Of a stretch of DNA of 32,000 bases, positions 24,579 to 32,000 are shown in pieces (positions within the stretch are counted from its first letter, which is position 1; each line of letters opens with the position of its first letter). The notes under the pieces are model-generated. The model saw nothing but the letters and a program-made list of their open reading frames with translations. It searched no databases and was not told where the DNA came from. The translations under genes and the position numbers were made by a program. The stretch comes from Massilicoli timonensis. GTDB taxonomy: Bacteria; Bacillota_I; Bacilli_A; Erysipelotrichales; Erysipelotrichaceae. The stretch spans positions 513,272 to 545,271 of the forward strand of contig NZ_LT963434.1 in the NCBI RefSeq assembly GCF_900199515.1, in the 5' to 3' direction.

Positions 24579-25058
24579 TTATTTTAATTCGAGGATCTTG
24601 ACATCATAAGGTTCATCGACATGCTCCACATGCACGACCTGTCCCGCCTTATGATCCATCAATGCCATTGCCAGCGGTGAAATGTTAGAAAGTCTGCCGG
24701 TAAAAGGATCTGATTCGATCGATCCTACGATCGTATATTCTTCCTCTTCGTTGCTTTCCAGATCTAAGATACGCACCGTACTTCCCAGCTTTACCACCTT
24801 ATTGTTGCCTTTTGGCGATTCATCGATCAGTTCGACATTGGCAAGCATGACTTCCAGTTCCCGGATACGCGCTTCCACCCGTGCCTGACGATCCCGCGCC
24901 GCATCATAATCGGCATTTTCCGACAAGTCGCCCTGTGCACGCGCTTCCTGCAGCTCCTGTATAACTTCCTGACGAACGACATGGATCAGATTTTCCTGTT
25001 CTTTTAAGAGCTCATCTAAACCTTCTTTTGTTACTAAAATTTTCTTACCTTGAGTCAC
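24579..25058 (-). CDS. greA: Transcription elongation factor GreA
   Basis: It has the coiled-coil motif GDLSENADYDAARDRQ plus a C-terminal FKBP-like domain. The start is set at GTG 25058, 8 nt after a GGAG SD. The track ORF starts at GTG 25067. Confidence 0.9.
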   Translation of the reverse strand: MTQGKKILVTKEGLDELLKEQENLIHVVRQEVIQELQEARAQGDLSENADYDAARDRQARVEARIRELEVMLANVELIDESPKGNNKVVKLGSTVRILDLESNEEEEYTIVGSIESDPFTGRLSNISPLAMALMDHKAGQVVHVEHVDEPYDVKILELK

Positions 25059-25086
25059 GTTGTTCACTCCTATTCGTACGCGTGGT

Positions 25087-25116
25087 ATTATACCACACTT
25101 TATGCTCTTTTATCAA
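25087..25116 (-). promoter_or_regulatory. Candidate sigma-A promoter for greA (TTGATA-18-TGgTATAAT)
   Basis: The minus strand reads TTGATAaaagagcataaagtgTGgTATAAT. It overlaps the 3' end of udk. Confidence 0.45.
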
Positions 25117-25732
25117 TGATGCTGCTGATTTTTGTGATCAGCAGATCGATCGCCACGACATTGTGTCCGCCCTCCGGTATGATCAGATCCGCATAGCGCT
25201 TGCTTGGCTCAACAAAGAGATTGTGCATATCCCGCACGGTCGTCGTATACTGCTCTACGACAGATTCCAAGGTTCGGCCGCGCTTTTTCACATCTCTTAC
25301 CAAACGGCGGATAAAACGCAGATCCGCATCGGTATCCACAAAAATCTTAATATCGCATAAATTGCGCAGTTCTTCATCTTCCAGCACAAATAATCCTTCT
25401 AACACGACGACATCGCATGGCTGCACATTTTCCACGAGCTCACTGCGCGTATGGTGAACAAAATCATAAGTCGGCTTTAAGATGGCATGCCGCTGCAACA
25501 ATTCCTGAATATGCAGTACCAACAGATCATTATCAAAAGCGAAAGGGTGATCATAATTCGTCTTTACCCGTTCTTCCATCGTTTTTTCGCTTTGATCTTT
25601 ATAATAATCATCCTGTCTGATGATCACGACTGATTTCGTATATTCAAAAGCTTCTTTCAACTGTTTGGAGATCGACGATTTGCCAGAAGCGCTGCCCCCC
25701 GCGATTCCAATCAGGATCGGTTTGTTTTTCAT
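25100..25732 (-). CDS. udk: Uridine kinase
   Basis: It has the P-loop IGIAGGSASGKSS and family motifs (DDYY, YDHPFAFD, EGLF). The protein is 210 aa. Confidence 0.9.
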   Translation of the reverse strand: MKNKPILIGIAGGSASGKSSISKQLKEAFEYTKSVVIIRQDDYYKDQSEKTMEERVKTNYDHPFAFDNDLLVLHIQELLQRHAILKPTYDFVHHTRSELVENVQPCDVVVLEGLFVLEDEELRNLCDIKIFVDTDADLRFIRRLVRDVKKRGRTLESVVEQYTTTVRDMHNLFVEPSKRYADLIIPEGGHNVVAIDLLITKISSIIDKRA

Positions 25733-25747
25733 CCCTTACACCTGCTT

Positions 25748-26839
25748 TCACTGATTCAGATACTTCGCTACCAAAGCGCTGTGTTCTTCAAACGTCTTGG
25801 CATAATACACGGTGCCATCTCCATATATATCGGCGATAAAATACAGATAATCGCTTTCCTGCGGATGCAAAGCCGCATCAATGGCAACCTTGCCCGGATT
25901 CAAGATCGGTCCGATCGGCAAGCCGTTATGTTGATAAGTATTATAAGGACTGTCGATATCCGCATTCGTTTCACAATCCGATGCATGCGCAAAATCATTA
26001 TAAAGCGCATAGCACACCGTTACCGATGACTGTAACGGCATATCGATGCCTAAACGGTTATAGAACACACCCGATACCAAATACATGTCCTCAGCCTTGC
26101 TTGCTTCAAACTGGATCATCGAAGCCAGTATTACGATTTCATGCGTTGACAGACTGCTTTTTTCAAAGTCTTTCCGATATTCCTGATAGATCTTGTCAAA
26201 TTCATCCAACAGACGCACCGTAATTTCTTCCGCACTGCTCTCTTTTAAGAAACTGTATGTTTCCGGATACAAATAGCCTTCCAGTTTGACCCGATAAGCA
26301 TCGTTTAAGATCGATTCATCTAAAAAGTCATACTGCTCGATCATCTTTTTCAAAAACGTCTCATCATTCCAAAGCGCCAGCAGTTCCTCTTTTGACACAC
26401 TGGTCTCTTCACTGATCTTGGCGGCGATTTCCTTTGCCCAGATTCCTTCCGGCAGCGTGATCGTCGCCTGCTTTGCCAAAGCCGCATTCGCATCGTTCAA
26501 ATAAGCCAATACTTCCGCTGTATCCCAACTTGTATCCAATACGAATGTCCCTGCCTTGATATGCCCGGCATCATGAAATTTCACATACCACTTCGCAAAA
26601 GCCGCACTTTTGATGATGCCTTCTTCCTCTAAACGCGTCAGCACGCTGTCCATCGTTTCCGCTTCTTTGATCTCAAACTGTACTTCTTTGGACTTTGATG
26701 AAACCGGACGCAGCGCATTTTGATAAAGCAGCACGATTGTAATGCAAGCGATCAATAAAACGATCACTGCGCCTGCTAAAACCAAATAGATGCGCTTCAT
26801 CGACATGATTTGTTCTTTAAGCTTCTTCATGTTCTTCAC
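25748..26839 (-). CDS. mltG: Endolytic murein transglycosylase MltG (YceG-like)
   Basis: An N-terminal TM anchor is followed by a YceG domain (EGYLYPETY, ILASMIQFEA, VFYNRL, SPYNTY). The start is GTG at 26839 with an AGGAG SD. Confidence 0.85.
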   Translation of the reverse strand: MKNMKKLKEQIMSMKRIYLVLAGAVIVLLIACITIVLLYQNALRPVSSKSKEVQFEIKEAETMDSVLTRLEEEGIIKSAAFAKWYVKFHDAGHIKAGTFVLDTSWDTAEVLAYLNDANAALAKQATITLPEGIWAKEIAAKISEETSVSKEELLALWNDETFLKKMIEQYDFLDESILNDAYRVKLEGYLYPETYSFLKESSAEEITVRLLDEFDKIYQEYRKDFEKSSLSTHEIVILASMIQFEASKAEDMYLVSGVFYNRLGIDMPLQSSVTVCYALYNDFAHASDCETNADIDSPYNTYQHNGLPIGPILNPGKVAIDAALHPQESDYLYFIADIYGDGTVYYAKTFEEHSALVAKYLNQ

Positions 26840-27068
26840 TGAACGCTCCTATCACTTCTTCGATCATATCCCATTCCTCCTGTGTTTCCACCGGCATCAA
26901 ATGTCCGTCATCATCATAAGCAGAGGCGAATACTTCCTCTTCCTGCTGCGGATCACAGAATACGACATATTTACGCTTCTGTTCATCATCTTCAAACGTG
27001 AATAAGATCTCCATTTCCATTTCATTGCCATCTTCGTCTGTCACAAATAAAGTATTACTTTCCAGCAT
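26817..27068 (-). CDS. DUF1292-family small acidic protein
   Basis: It is 83 aa and highly acidic, with DEDGNEMEMEILFTF...KYVVF...DDDGHLMPVETQEEWDMIEEV typical of DUF1292. Its position after ruvX is conserved. Confidence 0.7.
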   Translation of the reverse strand: MLESNTLFVTDEDGNEMEMEILFTFEDDEQKRKYVVFCDPQQEEEVFASAYDDDGHLMPVETQEEWDMIEEVIGAFSEEHEEA

Positions 27069-27099
27069 TCGTATATCCTCCTATCAGTTCGATGTTTGC

Positions 27100-27127
27100 T
27101 TAAAAAGAAAGGGCGTATCGCCCTTTT
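27100..27127 (-). terminator. Rho-independent terminator after ruvX
   Basis: The minus-strand RNA forms AAGGGCG-AUA-CGCCCUU followed by UCUUUUU. The structure starts at the stop codon. Confidence 0.55.
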
Positions 27128-27539
27128 ACCCTTTTCTGTCTAAATAACTCTGTAAAATCTGCACAGCGGCCATTTGGTCGATTACTTTTTTCCGTTTTTT
27201 TCGCGATACATCTGCCGCAATCAGGATCCGACTTGCCGCAACCGTCGTCAAACGTTCATCCCAAAGAACGACCTCCACCCCATATGCCTCTAATCTTTCC
27301 TTGAATGCGATGCAGATCTCACCGCGAATTCCGATATCGCCGTTCATATGCTTAGGCAAGCCCAGCACGACCGTTTTCACCTGAAATTCCTCGATCTGTT
27401 CTTTGACCAGTTCAGCGGCCTTCGCATAATCATCTGCGGGAAAGCGCAAGGTCAATACCCCACGCGCTACCATGCCCATCATATCGCTGACAGCTACACC
27501 GCAGGTTACACTCCCTAAATCCAAGCCCAGTACGCGCAT
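27126..27539 (-). CDS. ruvX: Putative pre-16S rRNA nuclease / Holliday-junction-resolvase-like RuvX (YqgF)
   Basis: The sequence MRVLGLDLGSVTCGVAVSD...GLPKHMNG...DERLTT matches the YqgF family. The protein is 137 aa. Confidence 0.85.
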   Translation of the reverse strand: MRVLGLDLGSVTCGVAVSDMMGMVARGVLTLRFPADDYAKAAELVKEQIEEFQVKTVVLGLPKHMNGDIGIRGEICIAFKERLEAYGVEVVLWDERLTTVAASRILIAADVSRKKRKKVIDQMAAVQILQSYLDRKG

Positions 27540-27793
27540 TACTCTTCTTCCAAATAGGAACGCACTAGTTCCTCGATGATCTCATAGCGCTCCACGCTTT
27601 GGATAATGGAACGGGCGTTGTTATGACTGGATATGTAAGCCGGATCATTGGAGATCAGATAGCCGGCCAGCTGATTGACCGAATTATAACCTCTTTCATC
27701 CAAAGCCTCTTTTACCAAACGCAATACATGCTTGATGTTGTCACGTCTGATCTCGTCAGATTTGAATGACATCGTTTCAGTAATATCCTTCAT
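27539..27793 (-). CDS. ireB: IreB-family regulatory phosphoprotein (UPF0297)
   Basis: It is 84 aa with ...VYEALEERGYNPINQ-like VKEALDERGYNSVNQLAGYLISNDPAYISSHNNAR. The alaS-ireB-ruvX synteny is conserved. Confidence 0.8.
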   Translation of the reverse strand: MKDITETMSFKSDEIRRDNIKHVLRLVKEALDERGYNSVNQLAGYLISNDPAYISSHNNARSIIQSVERYEIIEELVRSYLEEE

Positions 27794-27845
27794 GGTATTA
27801 CCCCCTTTTCCTATATGGTATATTGTACCCTAATTCGATTAAAAA

Positions 27846-30467
27846 TTAAAGTGGCAAACCGAGTTTATTTTGAATTACCTGTAATGCCTGTGCCAAAGCG
27901 CCTGCATTTTTACCGCCGGCCTGTGCCAGATCAGGACGACCGCCGCCGTTTCCATCACAGATTACCGCCGCTTCTTTGACCAAATTGCCACAATGCACGC
28001 CGCTTGCTAATGCACCTTGATCCGCCGCAGCCGCAAAGATGACCTTATCGCCGTTTGCCTGTGCTAAAAAGACGATGCTGTTTGCTTTCTGATCCTTTAA
28101 GGAAGCTGCCAGATCTTTTAAGTTATCTATGCCGCGCACTTCTTTTACCAATACGTGCAGACCATTTACTTCAACCATTTCAGCAGCCAGCGCCTTTGCC
28201 CCTGCCGCATTGATCGAAGCGTGCAAAGCAGCGTTATCTTTCTTGAGCTGACTGATTTCTTCAGCCATTTGTGCGACCTTGTCTTCCAGCTTGTTGATGC
28301 TGTTTAACTTCAACTGCGCGCTCATCCGCTTCATCGCATGTTCCATCGCATGATATTCCTCATACGCATGATAGCCGGTCTTTGCCGTAATACGACGGAT
28401 ACCGGAACCGATGCTCTCCTCAGATACGATCTTGCAGATACCGATATCCGCGGTATTGCTCACATGGCAGCCGCCGCAAAACTCTTTTGATACATCGCCC
28501 ATCGTTACGATACGTACGATATCACCGTATTTTTCGTCAAACAGCGCCGTCGCTCCCGTCTTTTTCGCCTCTTCGATCGGCAGATAGGAAACACTGACCG
28601 CATGATGCTCTAAAATAAAGCGATTGACCAGCTTTTCGATTTCTTCCAGCTGTTCTTCTTTGACTTTTTCAAAGTGGGTGAAGTCAAAACGCAGATATTC
28701 ATCGCATACATAAGAACCTGCCTGCTGGATGTGCGTACCGACCACAGCTTTTAAGGCACTTTGCAACAAATGTGTGCAGGAATGATTGGCTGTTGTCAAT
28801 TTCCGCTTGGTTTCATCAATGGCGACATGGATCGCATCACCGACCCGCAAGGTTCCTTTTTCGACCTGAATATGATGCAGATGCTGCTTATGCGGCGCTT
28901 TCTTCACATCGTTTATCACCGCATGGAAATGATCATTTTCCATCACTCCGCTGTCCGCGATCTGACCGCCGCTTTCCGCATAACAAACCGTATGATCTAA
29001 GATCACATCGCCTTCGTCTGTCAATGCATCGACCTTTGCCCCGTTTTGGAAAAGGGCGATCACCTTTGCCTCGCAGGCAAACTGTTCATATCCCTCATAC
29101 GTGCTTTCATCGGTAAAATCCATCAGATCCTTAGACTGAGAAGCCATGGACTGTACCTCTTCACGCGCATTTTTCGCCATTTCCCGCTGTTTTGCCATCT
29201 CTTTGTCGAAACCTTCCTTATCCACTGTAAAGCCGTTTTCCTCAGCGATCTCCAGCGTCAATTCCATCGGGAAGCCATAGGTATCATATAGCTTGAATGC
29301 CGTCGCACCGTCAATACGATGATCTTTCGCCTGCCCCATCACTTCGCTCAGCAGTTTTTCACCATCAGCCAGCGTCGCATGGAAACGCTCTTCTTCCGCT
29401 TTCACTAATTTCTGGATATATTCGATCTTTTCACCGATGTAAGGATAAAAATCCTTCATGATCTCATAAACGACCGGTACCAGCTGATACATGAAAGCGC
29501 CTTTGATCTGTAAACGACGGCCAAAGCGCACTGCCCGCCGCAGTACCCGTCGCAATACATAGCCGCGTCCTTCATTGGAGAATAACGCGCCGTCTGCTAA
29601 TGCAAAGGTTACCGTGCGGATATGATCGGCAATGACCCGATACGTCATCTTATCCTGCGCGTAAGTGATATTGCTGAAGCGTTCCGTCGCATGAATGATC
29701 GGTAAAAACAGATCCGTATCGAAATTGGTTTCCCCGCCCTGCACAAGACAAGTCAAACGCTCTAAGCCCATGCCGGTATCAATGTTCTTCTGCGGCAGTT
29801 CTTTGTAGGCGCTTCTTGGCAGTTCCGGCTTACAGTCATATTGTGAAAATACGACATTCCACACTTCAATATAGCGATCGTTTTCCAGTTCTTCAAAGAA
29901 CAGCTTTTCACCCAGCCCTTGCGGATCGAATGCTTCTCCACGGTCAAAAAAGATCTCTGAATCCGGTCCGCCCGGCCCTTCTCCGATCTCCCAGAAATTA
30001 TCATCTGTCTTTAAGATATGGCTTGGATCGACCCCGCATTCCTTCGTCCATACATCATAAGCAACCTGATCGTCCGTATAAACGGAAATATACAGTTTTT
30101 CCTTAGGGATCGCCATCCACTGTTCATCGGTCAGAAACTCCCATGCGAAATGGATCGCTTCCGGCTTAAAATAATCGCCGATGGAAAAATTACCGAGCAT
30201 TTCAAAAAACGTATGATGCCGTGCCGTCTTGCCGACATTTTCAATATCGTTGGTACGGATCGATTTCTGCGCATTGGTGATGCGGTTACATTTTGGCTTC
30301 TCGCTGCCGTCAAAATATTTTTTTAATGCCGCAACCCCGGAATTGATCCAAAGCAGTGTAGGATCATTGTGCGGTACTAAGCTCGCTCCCGGTTCCACCA
30401 TGTGTCCTTTGGAAGCAAAGTAATCCAAAAACATTTTTCTGATCTGATTTCCTGTTAGCTGTTTCAT
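27846..30467 (-). CDS. alaS: Alanine--tRNA ligase
   Basis: The protein is 873 aa with class II AlaRS motifs (FLDYFASKGH, RHHTFFEMLGNFS). It also has the editing-domain HxxxH/CxxxH motifs (HSCTHLL, CGGCH) and a C-terminal DHHA1 domain. Confidence 0.95.
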   Translation of the reverse strand: MKQLTGNQIRKMFLDYFASKGHMVEPGASLVPHNDPTLLWINSGVAALKKYFDGSEKPKCNRITNAQKSIRTNDIENVGKTARHHTFFEMLGNFSIGDYFKPEAIHFAWEFLTDEQWMAIPKEKLYISVYTDDQVAYDVWTKECGVDPSHILKTDDNFWEIGEGPGGPDSEIFFDRGEAFDPQGLGEKLFFEELENDRYIEVWNVVFSQYDCKPELPRSAYKELPQKNIDTGMGLERLTCLVQGGETNFDTDLFLPIIHATERFSNITYAQDKMTYRVIADHIRTVTFALADGALFSNEGRGYVLRRVLRRAVRFGRRLQIKGAFMYQLVPVVYEIMKDFYPYIGEKIEYIQKLVKAEEERFHATLADGEKLLSEVMGQAKDHRIDGATAFKLYDTYGFPMELTLEIAEENGFTVDKEGFDKEMAKQREMAKNAREEVQSMASQSKDLMDFTDESTYEGYEQFACEAKVIALFQNGAKVDALTDEGDVILDHTVCYAESGGQIADSGVMENDHFHAVINDVKKAPHKQHLHHIQVEKGTLRVGDAIHVAIDETKRKLTTANHSCTHLLQSALKAVVGTHIQQAGSYVCDEYLRFDFTHFEKVKEEQLEEIEKLVNRFILEHHAVSVSYLPIEEAKKTGATALFDEKYGDIVRIVTMGDVSKEFCGGCHVSNTADIGICKIVSEESIGSGIRRITAKTGYHAYEEYHAMEHAMKRMSAQLKLNSINKLEDKVAQMAEEISQLKKDNAALHASINAAGAKALAAEMVEVNGLHVLVKEVRGIDNLKDLAASLKDQKANSIVFLAQANGDKVIFAAAADQGALASGVHCGNLVKEAAVICDGNGGGRPDLAQAGGKNAGALAQALQVIQNKLGLPL

Positions 30468-30477
30468 CTGTTTCCTC

Positions 30478-30712
30478 CTGTTTTACAATAAAAAAGATCC
30501 GCTCCTCTAGGAACGAATCATCGCGGTACCATCCTAGTTCATATCAGTTTATCTGATATGCCCTCACTTGTCTATAACGCCAGACGTTTGCGCAAAGCTC
30601 AAAAAGCAGCTTCCCATCATCGCTCCCAAGAAGTTTTCACCAGCCACTTCCTCTCTGCATGAGCAGTCCGATCACGGTACTTATCCTTTCTCATCGCTTT
30701 GTTTGATAACGT
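30478..30712 (-). promoter_or_regulatory. T-box riboswitch leader of alaS (Ala specifier GCU)
   Basis: On the minus strand I see a GA/K-turn motif (GCGATGAG...AGTA), an AGAGAG box and a distal-loop TGGTGA. The specifier context is GAA-GCT-G (GCT = 30610-30608). The T-box sequence is TAGGATGGTACCGCGATG. The terminator is AUUCGUUCC-UAGA-GGAGCGGAU followed by CUUUUUUAUU. Confidence 0.8.
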
Positions 30713-30716
30713 AGAA

Positions 30717-30745
30717 AGCATATCATCTAAGCCGTGAATTGTCAA
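30717..30745 (-). promoter_or_regulatory. Candidate sigma-A promoter of the alaS T-box leader (TTGACA-17-TATGCT)
   Basis: The minus strand reads TTGACAattcacggcttagatgaTATGCT immediately upstream of the T-box Stem I. Confidence 0.55.
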
Positions 30746-30771
30746 TCAAAAGCAATGAAAAATGCACCTTC
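30745..30771. repeat. 27-bp direct repeat, copy 1 (ATCAAAAGCAATGAAAAATGCACCTTC)
   Basis: It matches 31473-31499 at 26 of 27 positions in the same orientation. It abuts the alaS -35 hexamer. Confidence 0.8.
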
Positions 30772-30829
30772 TTAGCTAATTGATTTTTTCATACTATTTT
30801 GTTCTGCACCACCTACATACTAGGCTTAG

Positions 30830-31390
30830 TTATTCTGCTTTTTTCAATTCCTTCCATTCACTTTCTAAAATCGACATTAAAATATCATCTGCATACTTCT
30901 CTCCATCTAAAACGGCATCTCTTAAAACACCTTCTCGCTGAAACCCTGCTTTTAAGTATACTTTTTCAGCTCTGGCATTAAATGAATATACATCTAATTC
31001 TAAACGATGTAGTTTTAACACTTCAAAAGCAAAATCGCGTGTAATTTCCGTTGCCCATGTACCAATACCTTTTCCCCTTTCCGTTTGACGATAAAGACCA
31101 ATACGAAAATTAGCACACTTCAAATCCCAATCAATTTCATTGATTACGCTTTCTCCTATGATTTCTCCATTAGGTGCTATAATCAAAAAGAAATACCGAT
31201 CATCTTCCTCAAGCGATTTCATGAAAAAGGATATGACTTCTTCCTTTGAAAACGCTTCTTTGCAGCCAGTCAGTCGTGCCACTTCCTTGTCTAAAGGACA
31301 ATAATTCTGTTCGTAATAATCAATCGCATCTTCTGCTTTAGCTAGACGAATTACAAATCCGTCTTTCTTACCGATAACGTCTATATTCAT
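30830..31390 (-). CDS. GNAT-family N-acetyltransferase (RimJ/RimL-like)
   Basis: The sequence GRIGLYRQTERGKGIGTWATEITRDFAFEVLKLHRLELDVYSFNARAEKVYLKAGF is a GNAT acetyl-CoA-binding core. The start was trimmed from the track ORF (31534) to ATG 31390 (MNIDVIGKK), which has a GGAAAGGA SD. Confidence 0.8.
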   Translation of the reverse strand: MNIDVIGKKDGFVIRLAKAEDAIDYYEQNYCPLDKEVARLTGCKEAFSKEEVISFFMKSLEEDDRYFFLIIAPNGEIIGESVINEIDWDLKCANFRIGLYRQTERGKGIGTWATEITRDFAFEVLKLHRLELDVYSFNARAEKVYLKAGFQREGVLRDAVLDGEKYADDILMSILESEWKELKKAE

Positions 31391-31472
31391 ATATTTTTTC
31401 CTTTCCGACTTTTCATTCTTCCTTATTGTAGCAATCAAAAGGAATAAGCACAAGTGTGTTTCTGCAAGGATC

Positions 31473-31499
31473 ATCAAAAGCGATGAAAAATGCACCTTC
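31473..31499. repeat. 27-bp direct repeat, copy 2 (ATCAAAAGCGATGAAAAATGCACCTTC)
   Basis: It matches 30745-30771 at 26 of 27 positions. It lies between the PFOR terminator and the GNAT gene. Confidence 0.8.
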
Positions 31500-31502
31500 C
31501 GC

Positions 31503-31543
31503 ATAAAAAGAAAAGAAGCGCAAGAGTTACCCAAACGCTTCTT
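31503..31543 (-). terminator. Rho-independent terminator after the PFOR gene
   Basis: The minus-strand RNA forms AAGAAGCG-15 nt-CGCUUCUU followed by UUCUUUUUAU, 9 nt after the stop codon. Confidence 0.6.
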
Positions 31544-31551
31544 TATCCTAT

Positions 31552-32000
31552 TTACTGATTCTGTGCTAAATGTACCAGACGTTTATGACGTTTCTGTGCA
31601 TCCTGTTTTGTCTTTTCAAACAATTCGTATGCTTTTTCACCTTTCAGCTTCGGTAACTGTGCGTACCGTGTTTCGCTCATGATGAAGTCATTGAACTTGT
31701 CATAATCCGGTTCTTTAGAATCGATCGTCAAAGGCTGTTCTTTTCTTGGATCGAAACGGTACAGATCTACATATCCGCATTCTACCGCTTTGGCCTGTGT
31801 TCTTTGATGGTTTGCCAAGCCGCCCTTGATACCGTGTTCTGCACAAGGCGAGTAAGCGATGATCAAAGATGGTCCATCATAGCTTTCCGCTTCTTTTAAT
31901 GCCTTTAAGGTCTGCGCCTTGTTGGCACCCATGGAGATCTGTGCGACATAGACATGTCCATAAGCCATTGCGATCTGTCCCAGATCTTTCTTCGCTGTCG
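31552..32000 (-). CDS. nifJ: Pyruvate:ferredoxin (flavodoxin) oxidoreductase, C-terminal fragment (gene continues beyond the right edge)
   Basis: ...KDLGQIAMAYGHVYVAQISMGAN...GPSLIIAYSPCAEHGIKGGL...YRFDP is the conserved TPP-domain C-terminus of about 1170-aa PFOR enzymes. The reading frame stays open to position 32000. Confidence 0.85.
   Translation of the reverse strand, partial: TAKKDLGQIAMAYGHVYVAQISMGANKAQTLKALKEAESYDGPSLIIAYSPCAEHGIKGGLANHQRTQAKAVECGYVDLYRFDPRKEQPLTIDSKEPDYDKFNDFIMSETRYAQLPKLKGEKAYELFEKTKQDAQKRHKRLVHLAQNQ

Noticed and set aside
30751-31507. Tiny plus-strand ORFs lie inside the two 27-bp repeats (MKNAPS* and MKNAPSA*).
   Set aside because: They are only 6-7 codons long, have no SD and run antisense to the local transcription units. 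They are more simply explained as a by-product of the duplicated sequence.
1-32000. I looked for CRISPR arrays, rRNA or tRNA genes, toxin-antitoxin pairs and recognisable defence-system genes.
   Set aside because: No regularly spaced direct repeats, no rRNA- or tRNA-like sequence and no nuclease, ATPase or abortive-infection-type ORFs were seen. Every ORF over 100 aa with coding character is accounted for by the annotations above.

Overview
The window looks like chromosomal DNA from a Bacillota (Firmicutes) anaerobe. Supporting signs are a T-box leader on alaS, IreB, DUF1292, a class B sortase and a PFOR fragment. It has three parts.

(1) 1-3554: the distal part of a dcw cell-wall and division cluster on the minus strand (ftsW/spoVE, murG, murB, 5' part of divIB/ftsQ). 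Sampled lines are about 50% GC.

(2) 3555-18575: a 15-gene, tightly packed polysaccharide operon, all on the minus strand. Reading in the transcription direction it encodes two tandem NusG-like (LoaP/UpxY-like) proteins, a NeuD/PglD-like acetyltransferase and a PglC/WbaP-type initiating phosphoglycosyltransferase. An about 11.5 kb, visibly AT-rich block follows (sampled lines about 27% GC). It encodes three GT2 enzymes, one GT4, a hexapeptide acetyltransferase, Wzy, Wzx, a TagB/TagF-type alditol-phosphotransferase, a membrane acyltransferase-3, and a TarI/IspD-like cytidylyltransferase plus an SDR reductase.

At the head of this operon is the most interesting object. It is a 1.14 kb segment (17368-18505) bounded by two perfect 27-bp lox/FRT-like sites, each with 10-bp palindromic arms around a 7-bp asymmetric spacer, in inverted orientation. 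The segment contains only a tyrosine recombinase gene and an outward-facing extended -10 promoter (TGcTATAAT).

In this assembly the promoter points away from the operon into a long bidirectional terminator hairpin, which I read as a predicted OFF state. Inversion would place it about 43 nt upstream of the first NusG-like gene, which has no room for a promoter of its own. I interpret this as a Hin-like, self-encoded phase-variation switch built on a tyrosine recombinase and coupled to NusG-paralog antitermination of a capsule or teichoic-acid-like polysaccharide operon.

(3) 18800-32000: ordinary housekeeping genes. These are an alpha/beta hydrolase, a small membrane protein, srtB, a YtqB/MnmM-like methyltransferase, cca, a K+/H+ antiporter, greA, udk, mltG, DUF1292, ruvX, ireB, alaS with an Ala (GCU) T-box leader, a GNAT acetyltransferase flanked by 27-bp direct repeats, and the 3' end of PFOR.

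I saw no CRISPR array, rRNA gene or intact tRNA gene. All functional calls rest on motif and family recognition by eye; no searches were run.
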